From Camelus ferus (taxonomy: Eukaryota), in the NCBI RefSeq assembly GCF_009834535.1, contig NC_045697.1, positions 98,644,001 to 98,708,000 of the forward strand: DNA of 64,000 nt. Direction: 5' to 3'. Within the stretch, counting starts at the first letter, position 1. Each line of letters begins with the position of its first letter. The notes below the pieces were generated by a model. It searched no databases. It worked only from the letters and a program-made list of their open reading frames with translations, and was not told the DNA's origin. The position numbers were made by a program, and so were the translations under genes. Positions 25,023 through 38,318 of the stretch are shown piece after piece.

Positions 25023-26180
25023 TGGACTTTTATAAGTGCTTGTCTTTTTAATCACAGGAGTTTTAACCAGGGATGTTTCAGGAAACTGAAGTAGGATAAG
25101 AAGTTGACCAAGGAAGGATTCCCAGTTTCCCCAGCTTCACTTTCCGTGTTTCCAGCATGCCCTCGGGAAGGAACCCCATAGCTCACAACCCCTTTCCATT
25201 AAAACCTACGGCAAAAAAGGTGTTTGCACTCCAGTTCTGGTTTGTACTGTTTTCTTCCCTGTAGCATTTTCTTGATCATTTAAGGGCATTATGTTAGGCT
25301 TGTTTTGAAGCTTTTTCAGTTGAGGATGCTATATAAAAATAGACTTGCTTGAGTCCTCCATAACTAACAATAAGTATGCAGGAGTAGTTTCTGTAGACAC
25401 CATTGCAAGTTATTTATTTGTGGTTTTTTAAATGTCAGCAAGTTATGCATGGCAATATTTATTTTTTATATCTTCATGTAAAATTAAGTAAATTAAAGCA
25501 GTATGAACATTTTAAAACCATGCAAAACATTAAGTTATAGAGTAATTTATAGAAATTTTCTTAAAGCTTTAAAGATGTTTTTACTTAGGGTCTAACAATC
25601 GTAGTGTACAAAGAAACTGTTTAACCTAGAGGGGTTTTTGTTATTTAAATGGAGTATCAGTTCTCCTTGATAGGTTCTTCATGAATCCTTGCTTTGCCTC
25701 CATGTTCCCTATTACTGTGTTTCTTTAAGTGAGTCCACTGCCAGTCTTCATTATTTAATCAGTGTTATACATTTCCAGTTTTCCATCAGAATGGTTGTGG
25801 TGTGTGTCTGAGGTCACTTAGTGCCATTATTTGTAATGGTATGTGCTTTTCACAATAGGTTATTTGGGAGCTTTTATGTGGCAGTGGCTAAAAAGTCAGT
25901 GGGACCTTTTCAGAGATGGGAAACTATTTCTAGCCTGTTAATGAGGTTGTCGTTAAAATTTACTAAGTTTACTGGTTCAAAAATTCTAGAAAGAAGGATA
26001 TAAAGTTAGAAAAACAGCCCAGAATTCTCTTCCATCAGAAATCAAAATGGTATAGGTAACAGGTAAAGCCCCTTTCAAACAAAATCACCCAAAATAGCCT
26101 AATGGTAATAAATTAAAAGTATTTTAATCCATGAGTTGTAAATATTCAAGATTAATAAATGGTCTTTCAAAGCTAGTGTT
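25023..26180 (+). other. NOCT: NOCT 3' UTR with candidate poly(A) signals
   Basis: AU-rich sequence after the stop. ATTAAA 25492-25497, AATAAA 26107-26112 and 26154-26159, the last followed by GT/T-rich sequence. The true end cannot be fixed from DNA alone. Confidence 0.55.
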
Positions 26181-29100
26181 TTTAATATCTTGTCTTTTTA
26201 ATGCAAAAAGAATCTGAGAGTTGATTTGATCTTTCAATACTGTTAATGTGGTGCCCACACTATCCCTTTACATGCAGACCTGTTTTGGTGGGGGGTGGTA
26301 AACAGTTTATTCTAGGAAGAGCAACTCACTGAGATAAAACCGTTTTAAAATTTACACATGTACTGTTCATTGTTTCTAAGAACAGTTTAGAGATTTAGCT
26401 TTTTAAATTTACATAGTTATCAAAGGAATAAAGCCAACCACAAAATAAGAATCAACAGAATGCAGTAATCCAGTCATAAAGGACAGTCAAATGTGCTTGC
26501 ACATATTCAAGAAATCAATCATCTAAGTTATAAATAGTTCATTTGTGTCCTTTTTTAAGATTCCACATATAAGCGATCAGACCTTCATTTTTTAAATGGA
26601 CACAGGTGGATCTGAGCTGCACATCAAAGGCATCTGCGCTATGCTTACTAGGTATCTTAGTGCTAAGGTTGGGATCCCCAGAATAGCTCATCCAGATATT
26701 CTACATTAGAACCACTTTTGAAACAAATGAGGTTTTCAGTACATTGTACACATAAAATCTTGGGGTTACCTGGAAGGAATGGCAATCAGGAAGAGCATTT
26801 GTACCCGTTGTCATTTGGTTCACATCTTTGCATGACTGAGTGTTGTGTTGTTAAGAAGCTGAATACTTCCTCATACTTGTGCAGGCATTAAGTATTATTT
26901 ACCTCCCCAGAGTACACCAACCTGAAGAGAAATGTTCATAACCTTAATTAAGCAAGCAAATCTGGATGAGAATGAAAGCCAAAATAGTGTTTGAATTTCA
27001 AACGTTGTCCACCCAATATGAGTTAACTGGCTATGGGTTGGAGGTGGGTGGGAATGCCACTGAGCAGAAATGCTTCTGGAATACCAACATGTGACTGAAA
27101 TATAAATGGAGATGGAGGAACCCCACAGTGGAGCTCTCCTTCAGAGTCAGCCTTCCGAGTATGGCAGTGGGCCAGACACTTGATTGTCCTTGCTTAAAGT
27201 GTAATTATGTGAGCTTTCTATGTTAAACAGTTTTTTAGTGGTATATAAATCTTGTTAGGTTGCACATGTATTTCTTTGTCCCCTTAAGTCTTTCTTTGTA
27301 GACAGCTTTGCCTTATGGACTTTCAGTCACCTGAAGGAATACTGGTAAGCAAATCTGTACTCTGAAGTTTTAAGTATGTTCTATTAATGGGTTTCCTGTA
27401 TTCCATCCTTATGTGCCTTTTGGTTCAGCTTTTCCTTTCGTATCCCATATGTTGATTGTGGTTATGATTAGTCTTAGAAGGTAAATTGGGCCGATCTGAA
27501 GACAGGCTGAGAGTGGTCATGGACTTTTCTCTTCCTCCGGGCTATTGTTCAGTAGATTTCCATTCTACTAAGTGGTAGGAATGACCACCTCATTTATTTA
27601 AATACAGCATAATAGGAGGGAACTAACATTTGAGATCCTTATCTTCGGTGCTAAGAGCTTTACATATATTAAAACTACTCTCTAAAATGGGGCTCAAAAG
27701 TTCAAGTAATTGACCAAGTCTCAGCTAATAGTAGCAGAGCCAGGATTCAGCCTCGGTCTGTCATGACTCCAGTGGGCTCACTTCCTTCCCCACCACCATG
27801 TTCCCTTGGCCTTGAGTGAGCACAAGTGGGGAGAAAAGTAACGTTGTGGGGAAGGAAAAGATTTGTTAAAACTAGTCAAACATGCAAGTTTTTGTACACC
27901 ACATAGAACAGAAGCAAGATAGAGGCTTAACAGTAGCTAATAGAGCAGACTTCAGTCATTCTGATGCAGTGAAGTAGCACCGCCCAGAGTAGAACATCTG
28001 ATACTGTTTGTGCTGTGATGGTGGCTTTTTTTTTTAAAGGAAGCAGTAAGAACAACTACTCTAGTTGTGTTTCAAACTAAAGGAAGAAATTGATGAAAAT
28101 AGTCTGTATTTGAACCAGTTTTCTAACATTCAAGATTTTATAATGAAGGGAACATTGCATATAATTAGATAATGTGTCTTAGACTTGAGGAAAGATTTCC
28201 AAGATCTGAATTCTAAAAAGAGAAAATAACACATGTTCATAATCATAATTCATTTCAAATTTAGAAAAGAAAAAGCATCCAAAAAATGAGTTGGCTTGCG
28301 TAGGGTGCTCTGTTAAACTCTTTTTTTTATGCCGTGTATAAAAATACAGGCACACGCAGGCTTTTATCGAGACTGGAATGGCAGAGGCCTGGAGCTGGGC
28401 TTATAAAATCAAATCATACAGAAGGGCATGAGGACTTAGCTGTGACCCTGAAGAGTCACTCATCTCTAGGGCTTCAGTTTTCTCATCCAAAGAATAAGCA
28501 TCATACCTGTCTTGTCGATCCCATAGATTTGTGAGAGGTTTGGAAAACAGTATTGTGAATTGTAATATAAAAATGTATGTAAATCATTGAGTAAACAAAT
28601 GCTTAAGGTTCAAAGCAAGAAAGGGAAGGGCACTGTACTTGACACGCTAAAATATTCATGGATGTCCTAATAAGCCTCTCAAGATTATTCCAAGGAGAAT
28701 AGTCCTTCAGTTTGAAAGGGCAGAACCAACAGCATTAATAAAAAATTAAGCTCCAAGAAGCTGAGCGGCTGATAAAATGGCAAGATTTTTTTCCCGTTCC
28801 TCCAGGCAGATGTGAGATAGTGGGTTAGCGATTCAGTTCTTTAATTTCAGGAGAGGATGTCAACCCCACTTTGATTCGTAAAGTAGAAATATCTGCCTCC
28901 GAGAGATGAAACAATACCCACAATCCCAGGCCCCTGCTCCCCGGATTTGGGTGGAAAGCTCACTTCTAAGAAAGTATTCATTAGGAATGTAGACACACCC
29001 ACTCGTGTGTGTGTGGAATGTTAGGGAAAGCTTTGCTGCTTCTAGGCAGCTGGTACCTTTTTTATTTTGGCTGCCAAGACATTCAAAACGACACCTTACA

Positions 29101-30807
29101 GATGAATTTTAATTACTGTGTAATATTCTACAGCATGTATTCTATTTTCTTTTGCCATTTTTCTGCCTTTTTTTTCTTTGCCTCATTTTCTTTTACCTGC
29201 TTATTTTTGCTGACTTTGATTTATTTTTACAATATGTAAGCTATCTGAAGTTCTTTTGGTGATAAAGTGTAAGTTAAATTATCTTGCCACATTAAACCTC
29301 AGGCTTCTAGGTGTAAACCCCTTGTGTGTAATATAAGAATGCTGAAATATGATTGCAGAGTCCTGTATCATATGGAGGAAACACCGAGAGATGATGGACT
29401 GGACATGGGAAATGTCTGACGTTTGACTTACACTGGTAAAACTGAAGAGACACACACACAGCAAAAGTCTGCAACCTTTTACAGTTTAGTTTGTCAGAAA
29501 GTAAGAATCATCACATGATGGAATGGACTTAACCCAGAAACTAAGCTGGTTCTACCCTCCCCTCACCCCTATTTTTGGATGGAAGGGAATGGAGGTTACC
29601 ACCAGAGGAGAAGTTGTTTCTAGGTCTGCCACTGACTAGCTGAACTGAAACTGATGAGTCAAGTTTTTCTGAACTTTAGTTTATTTATAATACAGGGAAT
29701 AGACCAGAAAATCTCTAGTTTCTTTTAGCATTAACTCTTTTGATTTGCACTTCAAAAACAATTTGTGTTACTGCTGCCACTGCTCAAAGAAATTTTTTTG
29801 AAACTTTCTGGAACAGCTTCCATATCCAGTTTTATGAAGTTTTCAAGAAAACTGAACTTCATAGCCACGTTTCATTTTGAACCAAATATGGCAGTAACTT
29901 GCTTGTTCACATCAGTTTATTAACCTCAAGTGACTTGGTTATTTCTACAACTAAAATCTTCCTCAGCAGGAAACTTGTCCCTATTAAATATGTATAAAAT
30001 TTTAGGTTCTGCTCCAAGAAGCAATTCAAAAATATTTTGAACAATGGCAGCATTGTTGGCATTAATATATAGCTTTCCAAGGGACAAGGCACATTGACAC
30101 AGTATACTGTTTCACAAGACTTTAAAGACTCATCCTAATTAAAGAATTGTTAAATGTGAGAAGGCTTTAGAATTGATGAAATATACAGTATATGTTTTTA
30201 AAAGCCATTACTAATATTTAATAGATATATCTCAAACTACCTTTTTCTATTCAAACAATTTTAAAAGCTTAGATTAGGACACATCTCTAATTGTAAAGCT
30301 TTCCTTATTTTATCTGAATGGCAGTGGTACCCAAACCTGGCTGCACAATGAAATCACCTATAGGGATATGTTTTTTAAACACTGATGCCTGGCCCCCACT
30401 ATCATATGTTGTATTGAACTGCTATGGAATGTGACCTGGGCAACAGTATTTAAGTCTTCACAGGTGATTCTAATGCACAGCAAAGTTAGCACTGTACTTC
30501 AGTATCTATCTGATACCACTTCATTGAAGTCTTCTGAAGTAGACAAAATATTCTCAGAGTTAAACATACAATGGGACGGGAGGAAACGATATTCTGGGAG
30601 AAGACAACCCTGCTGTTCACAGCCTATTTATAGTTCAATTTTGGTTTTGATATGGAAAATTTTCATTAAACAGTCATGTGATACTTTAACTTGTCATATA
30701 TTACATCATTTAAATCCTGAACTCAAAAGCATTACTGCCAAGATGGAGTGTCCAAAAAGATGGTCATGGGTGCGTAAAAGTGAATTAAATACATGTCAAT
30801 TCAAATG

Positions 30808-31209
30808 CAGGTACACCTCAGAGACTTTGGGGGTTCAGTTCCAGACCACCACAATAATGTATCGCAATAAAGTAAGATGGATTTTTCTGGTGTCTCAGTG
30901 CAGGTAAAAGTTATGTTTACGCTACCCTGTATTAAGTGTGCTGCAAGAGCATTATGTCTAAAGTGTATACCTTAACTTAAAAATATTTATTGCTAAAAAA
31001 ATGCTGTCAGTGAGTTGTAATCTTTTTGCTGATGGAGGGTTTGAAATACTGTGAGCATTACCAAAAAGTGACACAGAAGTGAGCAAAAAAAATGATGTTG
31101 GAAAAACAACAAATGATTGTGCTGGTAGACTTGCTTGACCTGGGGTTGCCAGACTTTCAGTTTGTAAAAAACACAGTAAAGCGAAATGCAGTAAAACGAG
31201 GTATGTCTT
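30808..31209 (-). mobile_element. Internally deleted Tigger1-type element
   Basis: CAGGTACACCTCAGAGA...GTTCCAGACCACC and AAAACGAGGTATGTCT termini. Confidence 0.75.
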
Positions 31210-32079
31210 AAGTCTCCTTGATGCACTTGAGTTTTCCAAAGGTCTGTTGGTATGATGAAGAGAGAAGTGCACTTGCAAAGGGAGAAGAGTATCTGCTCAT
31301 TCTCATGAGGACTGGCATCACTGCACTGAGTTCCCCCAGAATGTAACAGGTTTTAATTATGGAGGACAATGATTACAACAGGCTAAAGTACAGACAAGTC
31401 ACAGCCACAGAGGACTTGTGCTGTCAGCAGTGAAGCTGTAATGAAGGGAAGAGCTGCTGCAATGGCTTTGGAACTAGAAGTAGGGTTTCTCTTGCTTCCC
31501 AAAAATGTGTTCTATAATGCCCTCAAAAAGGCCAAGAGACATAAAGAATCTCAGTATACTTTGTAAATAAAAGCCAAAATTTTGTCTTTGGGAGTTTATC
31601 TGATTAATTACAATTAAACATGACTTGTTTGTATACAGTGAGCAGAGATGCACTCTGCAGAGCGAAGAATGCTAGGTGTCAGGTAAACCCCTGGTAATGA
31701 ACCAGGTGCCCCCATCCCTTATATTCTGGCTTCACAGCCACCTCCCCTACTGGAACTGCCTCTTTAGAGTCACTGTATCAATTCTGGCAGATTCTTCTTG
31801 CCTTATGGTGGGCAAGAGTGTCAAGTGGCACGACATGATGGGCCAAGCAAATGAGGCAAACCGTTGCCCACCGTATCTTGCAATGTGACATCTGTCCTAT
31901 TAACTCTTTGAACAGTCCTTGATTTCCACAGCTGATTTCTTTTCTGCTCACCTAGCCCTTTGTCTTTATATACTTGATATTTTCAGTCTTACTTAAGAGT
32001 TCAGAGTAGACCACTCCTCACCCTGAATAGTTTCCAAGCCTATTTCACAAATATTTTGATGCCTGTCACCTCTAACGCA

Positions 32080-33330
32080 GTAAATATAAGGGAACTCAAA
32101 TGTAGGTGAAGAAAGAGTGATCTGGAGGGAAGCTATCAATGGCATGGCTCGACAATATATAGGTACCAGGAATATTTGGGGAAATTTGTCACTATGTCTG
32201 TAGCCCAGAGATGCCTAAAACAGGAGTGGCAAGAGAGTATTGGGAAGGCTTGGGAAGATGGGCAGAGGCCAGATCAAAGGACTTTGAATGTTATGCTTTG
32301 CACTTTTGTCTTTCTAGTAAGAGATATGAATTTAAAGCAGTCATAAGGAAGTGATGAAATTCGCATCTTCCGAAAGCTCTCGGCTAGCAGCATGGAAAAT
32401 GGACTAGAGGAACGCTTGAGAAGACAAGCAGTAAGGTAGGGAGGATGGGAAAGGAAGCTGTTTAGAAGGTACCATCAATAGGACTGCGTGAAAGACTGGA
32501 TATAAGAAATAAGGTCCAGAATGGCCCTCAGGTTTCTCCTGGCATGAGTTAACGGGTTGCTGGTAATGTCATTTGTCGAGCTAAGAGGAACAGATTTTAG
32601 ACAGAGACCTCAATTGGATGTTCAGGAGGAAATAGCCAGTAGGTAATTATAGAAGCCCATCTAAGACTTTCAGTCTAGCCTAGAATAATAGATCTGGTAG
32701 TAAAAACCATGTGTGTGGGTGAGATTATCTAACAATTAAGTTGAATCAAAATCCTAACAGTAAATACAACTATTCTATGAGGAAAAGAGCCCCATGATAA
32801 GTACTGTCTTTAAATGGGAACGCTGAAGGAAAACAAGGTAGACTAAGAAGAGTTGGTCAGGCAGGAAGTAAACCAGAAGCGGTGTGTCATGGAAAACCAA
32901 AAGAGAATTTTAAGTAGGGCAACCACATGAAACAATGAATTACTGTATGATTTGACTACTGGGTTACTGGAGACCTCAATGAGAACGGTTTCTAAGCCAG
33001 AGTTGACTGCAAGCTACTGAAGAGAGACAGAATGAGGGGCCATTAACTGCTGGAATGAGGAAACCATGGTGTGAAAGGGGAGAAGCTGCCGAGTACAGGA
33101 GGAAGGCACACCCACCTCCTTCCTGACACGAGTGTTAGAGGATGGACGCTGGAATAAGTAGATGCTCTTACAGCAAGGGGTCCAGAAATGGAGTTGACAG
33201 CTCATGACCTCTGTTCTCTACAAAGAGGTATACTGGTCATTTGGTAAGGAGTGTGGTGAAGGCTGGAACTGTTGCTGGAAGATGACCCAAGGAATAAATG
33301 AGCAGACTGCTGATCATTGTTCAAAAGCCT
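32080..33330 (-). mobile_element. Degenerate L2 LINE
   Basis: Purine-rich antisense L2-like motifs (GGCAGAGGCCAGATC, GGTTTCT..TGGCATGAG); boundaries rough. Confidence 0.45.
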
Positions 33331-33519
33331 GGTGAGACTGGAAAATATATTGGCATCAAGTCATTGTTAGGTGGTTCTCTGACACACCAGACACAAAAAG
33401 CAAATACAAGTTATAATGATTAACAGTTTGGAAGGGTTGAGATTAAAAGCCATACCACTGATAATTTCAATTGGAAGAAACATTCTTATCAATATATTCT
33501 GTCAACATGTATGTTTCCA

Positions 33520-35661
33520 AATCTAGACCTTTGGTGTATTTATTGAGACAAGAATGTTCAGGTAAAGTGGTGGAGGTAAACAAGTAGCCTTGGCTTAACC
33601 TAATTAGAACCGATTACTAATAGAACTGCTCGCTTAAAATGTCATTAGCTATCCTCCATGTGACTTAGATTGTTAGCAAATATGTTAACAAAACCAATAG
33701 ATGTCTGAGTGTCTAATAAAATGCTGCACTTGGGAAGGGGTGGGCACAGAGTAAGCTACAACCTTTCCCCTAAAAAAGAATAATGGAATTCTAAACTGTC
33801 CAAACAAATGAAACTGCAAAAAAGACAACACAAAAAAGTGCCAAGGCATACAATACAGATTTTGAAAGCTGAAGTAATTGAGAAATGTTTTAAAAGGAGG
33901 TAGAATTTGAGATTAACCCCCAAATGGGACGAGAATCAAGTGAGTTTTTGAGCATTTATTAAAAAGTACCATTAAGTATGTTTATGGAAAAAAGATTACA
34001 AAGGGAGGTGTTATAAAAATCTACTGACCTAACCTAAGTAGTATCTGATCAAAAGCACAATTAAAGGCCACAAAATATTAAGTATCAGTTTATTTGAATT
34101 TCTAAAAGATGTAAAAATAGACAACTTTTCTTTGTAGTAGAAAGAGCATTAAGATGTGGAATCACAGGACCTAGTTTGGTGTGAAATTAGGAATCATGTA
34201 ATCTCTCTGGTAGCTCCACTTCCTAATTTGTAAAAGGGCTAGAGTATTATTTGTTCTAACCCTCAAAAAGTGTGATTGAGAAACAGAAGGTCTGATTTTA
34301 AATATAAATTGTTTAACTGTGGCCAACATTAAAATAGTAAATTCATACGGTAAGTAGAACATTATAAGTTCATGACAGTAATTAGAAAGGAAGTAGAAAC
34401 ATGCAGATCATTGGCCAAATATTACTGTAACGGAACAAAACAAGTAGAATTTCTTCACGCAGTAGTTGGGAAGGAGAAATAGGACTTCTATTACTTCTTA
34501 ACTAAAACAATGTGTCTCTACTAGCTTTTGAATATTATAAATATCACCAGAGACCAAAACACAAGATAAAATTTCATTTCTATATTTCAGAAAACCTACT
34601 TGAATACACTTTGAAACAAGAGTACAACAAAATAGAATATACTTCAAATGTTGAATATACAAACTATTATAGTTCAAATCTGAACACTGGTACTTTCCCT
34701 CTTAAACTTCAACTAAAAAAAAAAAAAGAAAGAAAAGAAAAGAAAAAAGAGAAAGGAAGAGAACTCCAGGTATCAGAGCTACCTGACAAAAATTCATGCT
34801 GAGTCTTAACTTCCAAGTGACAGGAGAAATGAAACTGATATGTCTGCAAGATGCCAGGGCTGAGTGACACAGGCATGTTATAGCAAAAGGCCAGAGCCAA
34901 CTGTTAACTTGTCCACAATTAAGAAACTGACAGACTTAAACTACCATATAAAATGTTACATGTAAATTCTATAACAATACTGTGCTAGGTACAAGATTTT
35001 TAAAATTTTTCTTTTAATAAAAAAAGCTTTACACAAACAAGCCATTAGCTTATTTCAATAAAGAAAACCAAAAATTAGTCTAAGGCCTTTGTTTTAAATC
35101 AGCTTAAGCTATATGATATAAAAAAAACCCACACTAGATCTTTTTTGCTATCCTCTTTCTGAAGCTTTTGGATCCATTCTTCAATTCACATTCTAAAATA
35201 CCTATATTAGCAGTCTTCACATAGCACCAGTTAAGTGAGTTCTGTGTGAACACAGTAATAATTGCTGGTATGCATATAAAATGCATCAAAAATTGCTATA
35301 TGTAACAATGAGATCACCCATCCCAACCCCTCCCCACTGAAAACCATATAACCTCTTACAGAATGTTAGTGTTCCAAGTCTTAGTGTAACTTGATATTGT
35401 AGTGAGTTGCTTGGTCCCTTTCAATCCTTTTTATTGACGGGTTCAGTTGTTTCCTACTGTAAGAGGCAGTTTTCTGTCAGCATCTCAATATGTAGTTCAT
35501 TTCCCACTGAAACATGGGATAGGTAATTTATTTCCAGTAAGTTTGATTGTTTTCTTATATGCAATAAAAATGTTTTAAAGTCTTTTGACTTCTCTTGATG
35601 ACATCCTTGCAAATATTTATGTTAGTATCACCAACATTCTACAGCCCATGGGAGAGCTATT
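33520..35661 (-). other. ELF2: ELF2 3' UTR with several candidate poly(A) signals
   Basis: AU-rich and repeat-poor. Minus-strand AATAAA at 35527-35532, 35430-35435, 34089-34094, 33955-33960 and 33539-33544; ATTAAA at 35013-35018. End uncertain. Confidence 0.55.
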
Positions 35662-36289
35662 TTATTTCTCACATGTTACCAGTCCTTCTGTTTTCATAGT
35701 TACAGGAAGGGCAATAGCTGAAGGCGCACTGACAACCACCACATGGGTCACCGTCTTATTTCCATCTGCCGGTTTTTCTTCTTGTACCAGCTGCAAAGTT
35801 TTCACATCATGTTCCTGCTTTTTTGCCACTGCTTCTGATTTAACCTCTGGCCCCTTTATGACCGCACTGATAACTCGGGGAGGAGTCTGGCCAGATGCCT
35901 GTTGAGTAGGCACTGATAGTCTCATTACAGGTGTACCATGGGCTATTGAAACAGGGGTAAGTGCTCTCACAGCCAGTGGGGTTCCAACAATGTTAATGCT
36001 CCCTGATCCAGTCAGATTTGACTTTGTCTGCAGTTGACACTGTGCAAGTTGTGTAGCTGGGATGGTAATAATTTTGGCAGGCTGCATGGTGATTTTGTCT
36101 CCATTTTCAGTAGAGGCTGGCATCACAGTAGGGATTGTCTGAATAACTACCTTTGGAGAGGTTGCTGTTGTTGGGCTAGTGCTGGTTATTAACGGTGCAC
36201 CTGCATTAACTGACTGAACTGCCACGGTTGAGATTTTCTGACCCAATGATGTCATCACAACAGGTACTTGCATTGCCACACGAACTGTC
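35662..36289 (-). CDS. ELF2: ELF2 last coding exon
   Basis: TVRVAMQVPVVMTSLGQKISTV...MKTEGLVTCEK-stop (TAA); acceptor aatctactag|. Total spliced CDS 1605 nt = 534 aa. Confidence 0.97.
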
Positions 36290-36695
36290 CTAGTAGATTA
36301 AAAAAAATAAAGTTGATTATATTCAATGCTAAATTATAAAACAGGTCTCTTGAGCAAAAAGATGAATGCAAATCCAAATGTATAAAACTAGTGCTCCCAA
36401 ATTTTACAGATGTACCAAAAATCCCTGAAGTTTATAAAATACCATGAAATGAGTATGTTTTAAAAACTAACGCCTACATTTATTTCCATCTATAAAACCG
36501 TAAAAACCAATTCAGGTCATATGAGACGTCTACTTTAACAACAACAACAACAAAATACATTTAAAACATCAAGCACTTTTCAAAGTTTTGACACCAGCAG
36601 GTTCTTAGAATGCAAATATTAAAAGGGGAACAGATCACTTCTGCCAAGGAGATCTCTAAAAATTAAATACAACTAATGGTTTCCCCCTCACCTAC

Positions 36696-37046
36696 CTTGG
36701 AGCTGCAGTTGCTGATACAGATGCGGTAGTAGGAGGAGACCTGGACGAAGCATCATGACCAGGGGAAGTGATGTTCACAACTCTAGCTACTCCCTTCTCT
36801 GCTCTGGAGCAGTTTAGAGGAGACGAGTTTTTCCCACCACGAACAGAAGTGGCTGCCTTCAAAAGACTTTCAGCAGACAGTGATACTCGTTCTAATGATT
36901 TTTCATCAGTAGCTGATGCTAAATCTTCGTTACAGGTTTCAGTTTTGTCATCATCTATGACCACTATGTTTTTGGGCATATCCTTGAACTGATATACAAG
37001 CCTCTGTCCTTCAACCTTTGCAAGAATACCCCTTTGGTAATAATAT
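36696..37046 (-). CDS. ELF2: ELF2 coding exon, ETS domain C-part
   Basis: [26 protein letters not shown]...SATAAP(R); acceptor ttccttacag|, donor AAG|GTAGGT; 351 nt. Confidence 0.97.
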
Positions 37047-37311
37047 CTGTAAGGAAAAAGTACTAAATAAATCAAGTATATTACATTTGTCCCCTCAAAA
37101 CAAAAAACACCATGTAGAATGGATATTAACAGAAACATTCACTTATTCCAAAAAGAGACACGGAAGAGCTCTTACTGCCTGGATTGTTCAAAAGGCTGAA
37201 ATTGGAACCTGGTGCCGTAAGTCCTATAACTTTGAGATCTGTAATGTAGCTAAAAGCTCATTTTTTTCCTTAAAGGAAATAATTTAACCTAAATACAGAA
37301 TTATTTTACTG

Positions 37312-37617
37312 TAGAGTTGGCCCTCCATATCCACAGCTTCCACATCCATGGATTTACCAACTGTGGATTGAAAATACTTGGGAAAAGATTCCAGAGAAGT
37401 TCCAAATAGCAAAACTTGAATTCGCCATGTGCTGGCCACTCTAAATGGCATTTACCTTGTGTTAGGTATTACATGTAATCTAGAGATGACTTAAAGTATA
37501 TGGGGATGTAAGTGGGTCAAAAGCAAATACTTCATATAAGGGATTTGAACATCCATGGATTTTGGTATCCGTGGGTGTCCTGGAATCAATCCCCCTCAGA
37601 TACTGAGGGAACAACTA
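37312..37617. mobile_element. MER2/Tigger-type DNA transposon
   Basis: GTTGGCCCTCCATATCC...GTCCTGGAATCAATCCCCCTCAGATACTGAGGGAACAAC. Confidence 0.75.
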
Positions 37618-38099
37618 TATTTTACAGACACTGGTGAAAGTTCAGTTCTGATTTACATACGTCAGAAAAACAATCTGGTATTACGTGGAAAAATTACCTA
37701 AGTTGTGCTTAGTAGAAATGAATTTGTGGGTCATTTACAAATACCCTTAATTAGAAGAAGCCATGTACATTACAAAGTTATATAGTTTCTCAAACTGACA
37801 ACTGAGGACAAATTTTCATATCAAGGTAAATCCATTGTAACAAATTTGCAGGAACTAAAGAGCAAATTCACAATTTGGAAACTGTAGTTTATTTGGGTAT
37901 AATTTTCTTAAAGATGCACATTTTCTACAAAAATGGGACTTTCCAAAAGTGTTGAAATTTTAGACATCAGACCAAAGTCCTCTCTCCCCAACAGCCTCCA
38001 AATCCAAAAAGCTCCTACAGAAAATCCCCCCAAAATAAAAGTTGTAAGTAAGGGATTTTTAGAGCTTCTCTTTAAAACAGTTAATAGACAATGTTCTTA

Positions 38100-38318
<219 letters not shown>

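Noticed and set aside
37509..37519. Perfect RORE TAAGTGGGTCA
   Set aside because: Lies inside a DNA-transposon relic in an ELF2 intron; likely chance.
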